Shown piece by piece: positions 26,233 through 37,197 of a stretch of 64,000 nucleotides of DNA (its first letter is position 1; each line of letters begins with the position of its first letter). Under the pieces are notes generated by a model. It searched no databases. It was not told the origin of the DNA and saw only the letters and a program-made list of their open reading frames with translations. Source of the stretch: Hypanus sabinus (taxonomy: Eukaryota). The translations under genes and the position numbers were made by a program. The stretch covers positions 11,346,001 through 11,410,000 of the forward strand of contig NC_082731.1 in NCBI RefSeq assembly GCF_030144855.1, read 5' to 3'.

Positions 26233-26550
26233 CTTTCGGTGTCCTGATGTTTGCTTTCACAGTAGATTTTGAAGGTGAGTGCGTGACGACACAGGAGTAT
26301 CTTGCGTCCTTCTTCCAATCGGCTGCAGTCAAGTAAAGGAGGCTTCTCGTGCTGAAGGTCATGTCCTGTTGAAGTGCCGTGGAGAAGTTGGTAGCGTTCG
26401 AGTGGAACGCGGCTCCGTCCTTCTGCCACAAAACGGTTATGTCATCGGGGTAGAATCCCGTTATCATGCACGTAAGTACAGCGATACCCGTAGTTTGAGT
26501 CTCCTCTGGAGACGGTGGCAAGAGGCGTACCTTTGGTTCCAATGGTTTGG
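26233..26550 (-). CDS. IgNAR: IgNAR C3 exon
   Basis: tctcttccag|CC AAA CCA...AAA G|gtaagg; 318 nt, phase 1-1, open: EPKVRLLPPSPEETQTTGIAVLTCMITGFYPDDITVLWQKDG...FSTRSLLYLTAADWKKDARYSCVVTHSPS. Confidence 0.96.
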
Positions 26551-26879
26551 CTGGAAGAGAAAGTCAACCAGTATTAATCTCCAAAAACTGTCTTTCTGAA
26601 ATGTGGTTGCAATGAAACAGTGCAAGTACTCAGCTGGACTTGTAGGATCTGCGGAGAAGAAACATTGCCCCCCCTTTCTATTTGACAAGATTTCTATCAA
26701 TACGCTTGTCAATTTGTTTAAGACTCAATGGTGAGCAGCCTACTTGTTAGTGAGCTGCTAAGGGTAATGTTGACAATAACTTTCTGTTCGGAAATATGCT
26801 ACGTGCGGCGTACCACAGTACTGTGATTTTTGTTGTTTGTGATAGAAATAACGATTTGTATGAACATATAGGAAATATA

Positions 26880-27600
26880 ATTCCTGAGGTTACGGTTGAC
26901 ACTAAACTTGCTGAATCGTGAGGTTTGGTGTCTAAGCCTGTGCCACGACACAGATCAAATAGAAAGTTAAACGTTTGGCGGCTGATGAACTTTAATGTCT
27001 CATTATTAAGAAACTTTTATGAACAGAGATATACTGAAGTTCAAGTCCATAGTATACTGAAAGTGGCAGCACCGCTAGATCGAATGTTGGCAAAAGAACA
27101 TGACATACTTGCCTTCATAGATCGGGGTTTAGCATGTGAATCTTCCGAAGCTCTGTTTTAATTTTCCCAAACACTCGTGCACTCGCGTTTGAAATAAGTA
27201 GTTCAGTTCTGATCGTCACTTTATAAAATGAATGTCACTGCACTGGAAAGACTGGATATCATATTCAACTGTATGTTAACTGGACTGGAGAACCTCAATT
27301 ATGGGGAGTAATTAGGTAGGCTTGGCTTGTTTTCTTTGGAGTGAAGGGAACTAAGGAGTGACCCGATAAAACTATATACAATTATCAGCGACAAAGATAA
27401 ATTAAATTGCCATCATCGTTCCTTATTTACTGGCATGGAATACAAAGAGAGCATATGATTAAGTTAAGAGAAGGAGCTTTAGGGAAAGGTATGTCAAAAG
27501 AAATGGCTGATATCTTGATCGTGGTCACCATATTGAGAAAGTATTTGGACGATCACTGAAATAGGAAAGACAAAGTTTTTTTTGTTACTGCACTTTGGAT
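26880..27600 (+). mobile_element. Heavily degraded CR1 fragment
   Basis: Residual RT C-terminal sequence (gttcagttctgatcgtcactttat..., ggcttggcttgttttctttggagtga). Confidence 0.55.
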
Positions 27601-28034
27601 TGAGATAGACGTGAAGCAGCATTTAACATGGGTTTCAGAGGGACAACTATATTTCCGTGTTGACTCATTTTATGACTCTACGACGATTGAATGTGGTAGC
27701 ACAGGGATACCGCTATTGGTATGTCTGACACAAATCACGTTTAATTTAGGTTTTTCAATTCTCATGTCGATAAACATGTAGATACTAGCTACGTTGACTA
27801 CTGTAATTTATCCCTAATGTGGAGGTTGAGGGTAAACTCTGTGAGGAGTTGATGAAAGTACAAAAAGATTTAAAAATGTAAAAAAAGTGCCGATGCACAC
27901 AGTTTAACTGGGCCGAAGAGGCTGCTCCTATGTTCTAGGACCACATGTCTCCAACATTTCTGTTAACAATGCATCGGGGAAATGTTATTGGTGACGTAAT
28001 TGTCGCCACGCCAGTCTTATAACCATATAAAATA

Positions 28035-28325
28035 TCCACATAACCATATAACAATTACAACACGGAAACAGGCCATCTCGGCCCTTCTAGTCCGTGCCGA
28101 GCGCATACTGTCACCTAGTCCCACCGACCTGCACTCAGCCCATAACCCTCCATTCCTTTCCTGTCTATACTCCTTTCCAATTTTTTTTTAAATGACAATA
28201 TCTAACCTGCCTCTACCTCTTCTGCTGGAAGCTCGTTCCACACAGCTACCACTCTCTGAGTAAATAAGTTCCCCTTCGTGTTACCCTTAAACTTTTGCCC
28301 TCAACCTCTCAACTCTCCTGAGTCT
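28035..28325 (-). mobile_element. CR1 3' end fragment
   Basis: ccatataaccatataacaattacaacacggaaacaggccatctcggccc: reverse complement of a CR1 3' UTR and tail. Confidence 0.7.
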
Positions 28326-28484
28326 TTCCCTGAATTATATATTAACTTACGGCTCTACCAGAGGGCAACTCGCTCACAATCATGCCTGTTTTGCTCTGCA
28401 ATCTGCTGCCTGACATGCAGCACTTTCTGTTCCTCTTTCTGCATCTACACTGCTTTGCAGTTCGATTGTTCTTATTGCACCCAC

Positions 28485-28787
28485 CTTTTGTGTTTCGTGT
28501 CCGTTTTGATAACGGAGTACCTAATTGATTGTTCTGCACCGAGCAGGAGTATTCTACCCCGCTGTCCCACTCGGCAACGCTGCTGGTCAAACGGTCGACT
28601 GTCATGTACTGGCTTCCGATCTTTGTTGCCTGTCCTGTTTGAACACCATCAGCCCTTTTCTTTCCACCCACTGTCCAGGAGATGGAAACCTCAGCTGGAG
28701 TTGTGGCGATCACTTCACACACCAGTGTGGCAGTTTTGTTTATCCATATCTCTTCAACGGTAGGATCTCTGAGTAACAATGCAAAAC
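28485..28787 (-). CDS. IgNAR: IgNAR C2 exon
   Basis: ttttgtgttctag|GT TTT GCA...AAA G|gtgggt; 303 nt, phase 1-1, open: ALLLRDPTVEEIWINKTATLVCEVI...SWTVGG...RLTSSVAEWDSGVEYSCSV. Closely resembles the nurse shark IgNAR C2 sequence as I recall it (LLRDPTVEEIW). Confidence 0.95.
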
Positions 28788-29897
28788 CTAGAACACAAAA
28801 TTGAGAGGACGATTTATTGATGACGAACCTGAAACATAGCAATGATTTCAATTTAATAATAAAGAAGGGTGAAGGGACGGATACATTCAGACTTTCCCTG
28901 AAAGGACGACAGTGATAAAATACCGGAGTGGTTTAAGGGTCAGTGGCTTGTGGCAGAATAGTCAGAGGTATGGAGCTAGCTAGCCAGAGAGGCATTCTGA
29001 GGGAGGACAGAACACAGAAAGCTAGATCGTGGAAGCGATTATTAGATGGAAAAAGGTGCCAAAATATGCAACGTCTAAGGTCATTCCATGTATTTATGCA
29101 AGAATGAAAGACCAGGTTAGCACAAAGTTTAACGGTTTGAGTTGTCGGGTCGTTGCCTCGGCTACTTTCTTCCTTTCACTTATTTATTTTCCTACACTTT
29201 CATTATTGCATGCTGATTCCAGCCAGGGATATAACATATCCATAAAATTTAACGTGCAACGACATTTAAAGAGGAGCGCAGAATATCTTTCACCACCCTT
29301 TGCCCGTGATCCTCTTTTAATCATTTATTATTATATTGTATTTTTTCCTTTACTGTGCCTACTGTCTTGTTTATTAATTATTATACTGTCTTGATCTGTT
29401 TTGTGCACTTTACAGAGTCCCGTGTAGGCTTGAAGTCTGATGTAGTTTTGTGTTGTTTCACATAGCAGCATGGTCCTGGACGATCGTTGTTTCGTTTTAA
29501 CTGTGTACTGCACCAGCAGCTATGGTTGAAATGACAATAAAAGCTATTTGACTTGACTTGATTTGGATTCCTTTGAAGCTATTAGGATACACAAATTCTA
29601 TTCGATGCATTAACGTGATCTGAAATCAATATTCACTGATGCAACATGAGATATTTTGACTAGAGTTTCCAAGATTTGTTTGGAATTCTTACCTCTGATA
29701 TTTCATGTTTGCTGACTAAACGTTCAGAATCAAATTCCAGTCTGTCCCTTATCCGAACTTTACATTAACAGGCATCTCAGTCTTTACTAGTCTGGTTCTT
29801 TTTAAATCGCGTTTATAAATGATCGCAACACAAGAACTGTAAAACTGAGAATGAAAGTGGAAATTTTTCACTTGTAAATTAGGAACTCCCTCTCACC

Positions 29898-30251
29898 TGA
29901 CTCAGTTCGTATGTCTTTGCGGATATTGCCGCTCGTTGCAGAGTGGGATACGTGGCACAAATACACAGCACCACCGGCTCATTCATTCAGCGGCACTTTG
30001 AGCACACTTGCTGAGGTAAACGTTCTGTTTGATGTTTTAACCGGAGGACTGATGTTAAAGGCAGAATGTACGGCTGGTCCGTTTTTCTGCCAGATCACTA
30101 TGATGTTTTCAGGTAATTGTGTTTTCAGCACAAAGCTACACTAGACTACGTGAAACCTCATGACACAAATCAATTCCACAAAACCCTGTGCCTTTTGTTT
30201 GTCAGTTACAGAATAGACAAGATTGATGTTTGGTGCGATCAGTTGCCTTGC
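29898..30251 (-). pseudogene. IgNAR: IgNAR C1 exon, inactivated
   Basis: ttttag|CA AGG CAA...TCA G|gtgag. Encodes PNINLVYSVTDKQKAQGFVELICVMRFH[VV*CSFVLKTQL]PENIIVIWQKN...SASVLKVPLNE*AGGAVYLCHVSHSATSGNIRKDIRTES. In-frame TAG at 30142-30144 inside a net ~33-nt insertion, and TGA at 29980-29982 replacing the conserved Trp. Missed by the ORF track. Confidence 0.92.
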
Positions 30252-30609
30252 TAAAATTAACAAAAACAAAAGACGTATGCTACTAATTTGGTTAGACATT
30301 TATCACTGTCCGGCAAAATATTAATCTTCAGAAACATCGTTGAAATGATTGGATCAATTTTACGTTGTTCTTCGTGACAACGTGTTAGGCATAATACAAC
30401 TGCTATACTACTTACATCTAGAACTATGTTAGCGCTTCTAAGACGTTTTGGCTGAAGGGGCGACTTAAACAACGGTATTTCATTCAGTATAGTGGTATCA
30501 GAGCTTGCAGTGAATGTTTCGTGTACCTTGAATTGTACTTTATAATTACGCCTGATAAACGCTTGGCCGTTTCAAAGGTGCTCACGAAGCAACACAGAGA
30601 AGGAAGACT

Positions 30610-31400
30610 GAAAATCTAGCTGCCGGAATAAAAATCTTTCACTTAATGTCAGCAAGACCAAGGAGCTGATTATTGACTACAGGAGGAGAAAACCGCGGGT
30701 CCATGAGCCAGTCCTCATCTTCAAATTCCTCAACTATCCTGAGTCAAATCTCATAAGTGTCATTAGAAAGATAACGCAGCAGTAGAACTGCTTTCTTAGA
30801 AGTTTGAGAAGATTCAGCATATCACTTAAAACTTTGACAAACTTATGTAGATATGTGGCTGAATTTTCCATTGGAAATTCCAATGCCCTTGCGTGGAAAG
30901 CCTACAAAAAGGTGGTGGATATTGCCCAGTTCATCACGAGTAAAGACCTCCACACCATTAAACACATCTACATAGATCGCTGTCACAGGAAAGCCGCATT
31001 TATCTTCGAGGACCACCACCATCCGTGCCACAATCTCTTCTCGCTACTGCCATCAGAAAGGAGGTACAGAAGCCTCAGGACTCAAACCATCAGATTCAGA
31101 AACAATTACTACCCCTGCACCATCAGGCTTTTGAACCATAAAGGATGCCTTCACTCAATTCATTCACCTGCTACAGAGCCTTTCCCACAGCCCTGTAAAA
31201 TACAATTGATCACTGTAAAAAAAATCGTCTCATGTTGTCAATATTTATTGTTTATTTATTTATTATTGTTATTTTATTTACTTTTTTAAATTGAATTGCG
31301 CAGTTTATGTTTTGCCCATTGGTTGTTCATCTTGATGTGCACGGGGTTTCATTGGTTTTATTCTGTTCAATGGTATCAATGAAATTCATTATTTAAATAC
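30610..31400 (+). mobile_element. Rex1/Babar LINE 3' fragment
   Basis: cttaatgtcagcaagaccaaggagctgattattgactacagg (LNVSKTKELIIDY) and the downstream HPCHNLFSLLPSERRYRSL motif. Confidence 0.8.
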
Positions 31401-31499
31401 CACCAAGAAAATTAATTTCGGGCTTGTATATGATGACGTATCTGTACTTTGATTATACTTTGAACTTTGTACTTTAATGATCATGATGTACATAATACT

Positions 31500-32020
31500 C
31501 ACAACAAAAATATGAGCAGTGTACTGCACCTCAGTGTGGTATGGCAATTGTCCCGTATTGGACCGCAAAGCACTCCAACGGGTGGTGTAAACTGCCCAGC
31601 GAATTATAAGCACCCAGTTGCCCACCATTGAGAACATTTACCATAAACATTGCCTGGTCTGAGCGAAAAGCATTATCAAGGATGCACCTCAGCCTAGCCA
31701 TGGACTTCTTACTCTCCTCCCATATGGTAGGTGCTGCAGCAGCCTCCGCTCCCGCACCAGTAGGCTCAAGAAGAGCTTTTTCCCTGAGGCTGTGACTCTG
31801 CTGAACCTCACATCACAGCGCTAAACAGAATTGCACCAATATTGAACTGTCTCAGTACTTTTATATATATGTGCTGTAGCACTTACTTTTTATTCACAGT
31901 TACTTTATAAATAATACCATTCTTTCGCACTTCTGATCAGATGCTAATTACATTTCATTGGCTTTGTATGTGTACTCGGCAAAAGGACAATAAAGTTGAA
32001 TCTAATCTAATCTAATCTGA
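31500..32020 (+). mobile_element. Rex1/Babar LINE 3' fragment with (TCTAA)n tail
   Basis: RT C-terminal remnant; ends aataaagttgaatctaatctaatctaatct. Confidence 0.75.
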
Positions 32021-33559
32021 AACGTTACCAATCTGTCCATAGCACACAACACTGTATTTTATAATCTGCACAATTACGATTTTCTCAAACTGCATCTTGC
32101 TGTTGATGAGTATTGAGGTGTACTGAATGTGGGAATCAAGATGGCAAGCTTACAGTGTGCCCGCTGAGATCAACCTGGCATTAGATAACATTGATCATTA
32201 TACCACATTAATTCTCCAAGTCCACCCTTCCCATGAAACATCCCGTTTTACACCACGAGAGACAACTTCCGGTACCCGGTGGGATGAAACTGAAGCAAAC
32301 TCGTGAAAAGTGTCGTTAGTGTCAAATCAAATTAGCCAGGAATGTGCTGGGCAACCTGCAGCAATCGCTGTTTCCGGCGCCGACATAGCATGCTCACACT
32401 CACTAACCCTAAGCATACTGCTTTGGAATATGGGAGAAAACCGGAGCACCTGGAGGAAACACACGCAATCACGGAGAAGAACGTACAAACTCCTGACAGA
32501 CAGGAATTGAGCCCCAATCTTACAGCCGACATGGTAATAGTGTTATGCCAAGTGCTCGCTAGAATCACGTGGATAGGTGCTGGGTCCCGAATATTTATAA
32601 TCAGTCTAAACGATAAGGACGAAGGAAACGTGGATATTTAGAACGAGGTTTGGAGAAGCAGAAGGCACATGGTAAATCAGCAGTTAGCACAATGAAATTG
32701 CAGATCGGCCGGTCTTATTTTGGAGTTCGATTCCGGCGCCATGTCTAAGGAGTTTGCTCGGTCTCTCCGACACCGTGTGGGTTTCCTACCGATACTCTCA
32801 TTAACTCCGAAAGTCCAAAGACAGAACTTTGATTAGGTTAGGGTTCAATAGGAGAGTTACAGGGTGGCGTGACTAGTTGCAAAATGAAGTCCTTTCTGTG
32901 CTGTATCTCTGAATAAAATAAAAGCAACAAAAGAAACAAAAAATAGAAACAAGTGTTTCGATCTACCGAAAGTGAGCAGAACTTGTACAAGTTACTTACA
33001 CTGATTCTACATGAATCCATTTTGGTTTATTCGTCTCCACAATCACATCAATTCCACCCAAGTGCTGTCATTGTTTTAAGCACTGTGAACAATATTCTTT
33101 TGAAAATTAACTAACCAGCTGCACGACTTTCGGATGTGGCAGGAAACTGGAGCATAAATATGAGGTCACTCTTTTATGATAGAGTGTAGGTAAAGTTCTC
33201 TTTTCTCTTGTAGTGTATTACAAATATTGGAATTACTTACATGCAGTAGAAGGATATTCCAGTACTTTTTAAAGGAGAAATGGATGGGTACGTACAAAGC
33301 AAAGGACAATCACATATCACGGGTGGGGAGTGAAGGCTAGAGCTCATAATAAGACTGACGACTGTGAAGTGGAAAAGTAGGATTAGCGACGGGATGGCCA
33401 GGTCCATTTCCTAATTTGTATATTCGCATTCTTGCCTTGAATGTTCATGTCAGCAAAGGAGTCAGAAGCCAAGGATGAATAGAGTTGGAGGGTAGATTTA
33501 ATTAAATCGTTGGACCCGTTGAGGGTAATGGGATGAGGAATCACATCCATAATGTTGCT

Positions 33560-35270
33560 GGGGTGATGAAGTCACTGTCTGAAGGGTGCGTGCAGGAAAA
33601 AACTGTGATCCTATTTGGAAAATACATGGATCCCTGCAGTTTGCAGGATGGAGGAGGTTGGGCTCACATTGGATACGATGGGATTAAAAGCCTCATTTCT
33701 TCTGGGCCTTCTCACGCATGCCTGTGCCAATAGCCACCTCTCAATCACCTGCACAGTTAACATGAGGTGGGCAAGTGAACAAATAAAAACGAGGAAGCGA
33801 CAAGCAGAGCAGTCATTGTGTGAGTGGACCAGTGTTGGAGTAGGGAGGATCTGACTCACCAGGCTTGAGTGACAATTAGCTTGGGCAAGGCAAGTATCTG
33901 GTTATTTTCTTTTTCTACAATCTTCCACGGATGGTACGGAGAGCAGTGAGGAATGCTCCAGGGACGTGTTGTGTTCTTTGTGTGAGATTTGGAACCCTGG
34001 GAGACCTCCAGCCTTCTGGATAACCACATCTTCATCAGTTTCACCGAAATGCAGCTTCTCAGACAACGTGCTCGTTGACCTTCGGCTCATAGGGGAAAAT
34101 GAGGAAGAGATACATAGGCCCTACAGGAAGTGGTCACCCCGAAGCTTGGTGACTGTCAGGAGAAGGACAGAAAATGGGCAGCCAATGCAGAATACCTCTG
34201 TGGCTGTTCCCCTCAATAATAAGTACACCACTTTCGAATGTGTGTGTGGTGCACTAGGACGACCTACCAGCAGGGGGGAACCGCAGCGATAGGTTTTCTG
34301 GCACTGCATCTGCTGCAATGGTTCAAAAGGAAAGGGGGCAGAAGAGGACTGAACTAGTGATAGGAACAGTTGACGCCAGGATCTATGGACACGATAGAGA
34401 CACCCGGATAGTATGTTGCTTCCTAAGTGCAAGTTTCAGAGACGTCTCAGAATGGATCCAGAGGATTTTAAATGGGGAAGCTGAGCAGCCAGAAGTCTGG
34501 GTACATAGTAACACCTATGGCATAGGTAGGAAAAGGGAGGAGTCCTGAAGAGCGAATTGAAGCCGCTAAGTAAAAAGCTGAAAACCAGGACCTCTATTGT
34601 TGTACTGTACTCTCTGGAGTTCTGCCTGTGCTACGCCACAGTAAAATTCAAAAAAGGATGGTCTAGCAGATGAATGTATGGTTGAAGAACTAGTGCAGGA
34701 GCACTGTTGAATATTTATGGATCATTGGGAGCCCTTCTGGATGACCAACACAATAGGAGCGTGTTTGGGGATCAATATACTTGCGGGAATGTTTACAAGA
34801 GCTGTTGAAGAGGGTTTCAACTAACTTGGCGAGGTGATGGGTGACGGTGAGATAGTGAAGAGGATGTGGCAGCTGGTATGCAAGCAGAGGCAGTGTGCAG
34901 TGGAATTTTCAAGAAGGCCAGATAGATGATTGGGCAAAATTACAGTCAGTGAGTTGCAGTGTAACAGGGGACAAATGGAAAAATGTTGACTAATACTGGA
35001 CAGAAGATCTTATATTTGAATGCACGCAGTTTGCGAAACAAGGTAGATGATTTTTAGCGCAGTTTGAGACTGGCAGATATGAAGATGTCGGCATCACTGA
35101 GTCATGGCTGAAAGAAGATTATAGTTGGGAGCTTAACGTCCAAGGATACACATTGTATGGAAAGAACAGGCAGGTAGGCAGAAGGGATGGTGTGATTCTG
35201 TTGGGAAAAAATGAAATTCAGTCCTGAGAAAGAGGTAATATAGGAACGAAAATGTAGAATCTTTATAGGT
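33560..35270 (+). mobile_element. CR1 5' part (ORF1 remnant and start of ORF2) in the J-C1 intron
   Basis: CSLCEIW, VAVPLNNKYT, RIVCCFLSA (esterase) and atatttgaatgcacgcag (APE start, LNARS). Confidence 0.8.
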
Positions 35271-35928
35271 AGTTTAAGTGGTTTTTAGACGACGATATGT
35301 ATTTCTAAATAAAATACATTTTATTCTATTCCAGCAGTGTGTCAAGTTGTTTTCACTACGAGTTTATGATTCAACTTCCCTGCCAAGTATCAAATGATGA
35401 AAATACGGTTTATATTTCTGGCGACCCCTTTGTGCACTATTTCATCTTCAAACGTCTTTCGTACTTGGGTCAACTTTACACACTCAATCTTCATATATTT
35501 GAACCGATGAAAAGGTTTTCTCTAATATAGGTAGCGCACGGCAATGTAGGTCATGTCTGCGACAGTGGGATGCTAATCGGCATTCAAATATATGAAAAAT
35601 CGCGTTATATCAATGCATCAGGTAATACTTTAAAGTTACTGTCGTGGAAGGAGTGCAGCAGATCGAGGGTAATTGATGTGCTTCGATTTGAAAAAAATAC
35701 TCCAAGTTCAATTTTCTTCTTTTAAGCCAACGAAAGAATTATCTTGGGAGGAAAGGCACGTATTTAACTTCTTCTGGGACATCTCAGCAAGTTAGCATTT
35801 TTTCTATTTGCAAAAGTACATTATCAAATTGCACTACACCGGTTGCATCATTTAAGTGAGAATCTAATTGCCCTTCTCATCGGGGAACATATGCGCTTGC
35901 CCAAAATGTAATAAAAGATGTCACTTAC

Positions 35929-35969
35929 CAGCTTTCACAGTCAGATTTGTGCCACCTCCGTCTGCGGTA
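35929..35969 (-). CDS. IgNAR: IgNAR J segment
   Basis: T ACC GCA GAC GGA GGT GGC ACA AAT CTG ACT GTG AAA GCT G|gtaagt = TADGGGTNLTVKA. G-x-G-T-x-L-T-V with Asp instead of the VH-type Trp is characteristic of IgNAR J. Phase-1 donor. Confidence 0.92.
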
Positions 35970-36008
35970 CACAATGATTTACTTCCTATTCATCCCAATG
36001 CGGAAAGT
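35970..36008 (+). promoter_or_regulatory. J 23-RSS
   Basis: Heptamer CACAATG (35970-35976), 23-nt spacer, degenerate nonamer GCGGAAAGT (36000-36008). Confidence 0.75.
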
Positions 36009-36320
36009 GATCATTAAAAGTGAACTATAGAGGTAGGTCTTCCAGAATAAGACAGAAACAAAAGGCTTAACAATATATTCTATTTGTCAATGGGTTTCAA
36101 TTTCTTTCAGTTTTCATCTGCCTTTCTGTTTATTCGGTGTTTTCAAAGGGCTTGTGATATCGAAACGGGAATTTTGGTGATTAAGCACCAAGGAACGTAG
36201 GTGGAATTCAACCCAAAGAAGAAGTATATTTTTAAAATTATGTCGAGCAACATCCATGAACGTATAGGCACAGTTTGTAATCCCATTTACAAATCGACGA
36301 ACAAAAAGAACTGTCCCGGA

Positions 36321-36388
36321 GGTTTGTGCTATGGCTTAGACTGCTGTGGCTTTCTGTTGGCACATCATTTCACGTGAGAACAATAACC
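36321..36388 (-). other. J-proximal D segment (36349-36360, CCAACAGAAAGC) flanked by two 12-RSSs
   Basis: J side: CACAGCA/12/GCACAAACC (36348-36321). V side: CACATCA/12/ACAATAACC (36361-36388). Confidence 0.88.
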
Positions 36389-36698
36389 TCACTGTTGTAA
36401 ATAGTGTATAAATCCGTCAAGTAATCCTATACCCCCATGATATGAGGGAACTGGACATGAATAAATAGGTTTTATTGGCTTCCGTCGAAAATAACTCTCA
36501 GCCAGGCAGATATCAAGGAAACTATCAAGCTTTGTTATTCATATGATTATAACATTTATACTGCAATTGCACAAATATGTACAGCAAGGTTCCATTATGC
36601 CTACCAGTGTCTGGCAGAGGCAGCATGTTTGGCAGTGAAAAGTTTAAGTCGCTGAAGTTTATGTCTTGTGATAGTTTTGCATTAAGAATTGCGGAAGA

Positions 36699-36777
36699 GA
36701 TTTATGTATGACGGAGATTGTAGATTCATCACTGTGACACTTTTGTTGACACAGTAATTGATGCTAGTACTAAAAGG
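36699..36777 (-). other. V-proximal D segment (36737-36749, TCAACAAAAGTGT) with 12-RSS and 22-RSS
   Basis: V side: CACAGTA/12/ACTAAAAGG (36750-36777). J side: CACAGTG/22/ACATAAATC (36736-36699). Confidence 0.85.
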
Positions 36778-36955
36778 TTCCTTGTACATCAATACAAGAT
36801 CATCTGGTCAAGGCGCAAATTACAATCTTGCTTAACGCCGTTTTTATTCCGCCCAGCTACTTTTATAGCCAATAATCCCTCGAAAATAGCGTCTGCATTG
36901 TGCAGTTCAGAAACTAGTTAGCATTGTCCTTTCTCCAATTACCAAATGCATTTGT

Positions 36956-36994
36956 GATTTTTGAATTGCAGAGTCCATGCTTTGGATCACTGTG
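36956..36994 (-). promoter_or_regulatory. V-side 23-RSS
   Basis: Perfect heptamer CACAGTG (36994-36988), 23-nt spacer, nonamer TCAAAAATC (36964-36956). Confidence 0.9.
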
Positions 36995-37026
36995 GCTGTC
37001 GTTTGCATGGCAGAAATACGTGGCAT
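36995..37026 (-). pseudogene. IgNAR: VNAR remnant: 32-nt stub retaining only the 3' YxC motif
   Basis: tttgttatcctcccttcag|AT GCC ACG TAT TTC TGC CAT GCA AAC GAC AGC|CACAGTG = (N)ATYFCHANDS. Only ~160 nt separate the leader donor from the RSS, so FR1-FR3 are missing. Confidence 0.85.
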
Positions 37027-37154
37027 CTGAAGGGAGGATAACAAATTTAATCATCACATATCTGAAGCAGAACAGGTTTTAACATAAAATAAAATTTGTT
37101 TATGCAAAGGCAAAATAATAATCATTATTCTCTTTAAAAAAGAACAGCACGTAC

Positions 37155-37197
37155 TCGGTAACCACACGAAAAATATCAAAACACACAAAACATTCAT
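37155..37197 (-). CDS. IgNAR: IgNAR leader exon
   Basis: aaaccATG AAT GTT TTG TGT GTT TTG ATA TTT TTC GTG TGG TTA CCG A|gtacgt = MNVLCVLIFFVWLP plus phase-1 donor. Hydrophobic, with the length and LP|N ending of IgNAR leaders (MNIFLLSVLLA.LPN). Confidence 0.9.

Noticed and set aside
28342-28484. Cys/Arg-rich extension of the C2 ORF as a hinge or tail
   Set aside because: It is read-through past a G|GTGGGT donor at 28485 whose phase matches C3; treated as intron.
19145-28787. Calling the constant exons IgW or IgM
   Set aside because: The last four IgW domains are homologous to IgNAR C2-C5. However, the leader, the Trp-less J, the C1 sequence and exactly five C exons between J and TM all match IgNAR.
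30252-35928. Class-switch (S) region in the J-C intron
   Set aside because: No AGCT/WGCW tandem array; the intron is mostly LINE and SINE fragments. Cartilaginous fish are not known to have S regions.
36995-37033. Reading GCTGTCGTTTG as a free third D with a 5' 12-RSS (CATGGCA)
   Set aside because: The heptamer lacks CAC, there is no nonamer at a 12-nt spacing, and the same bases encode the V-terminal TYFCHA motif in frame with the leader.
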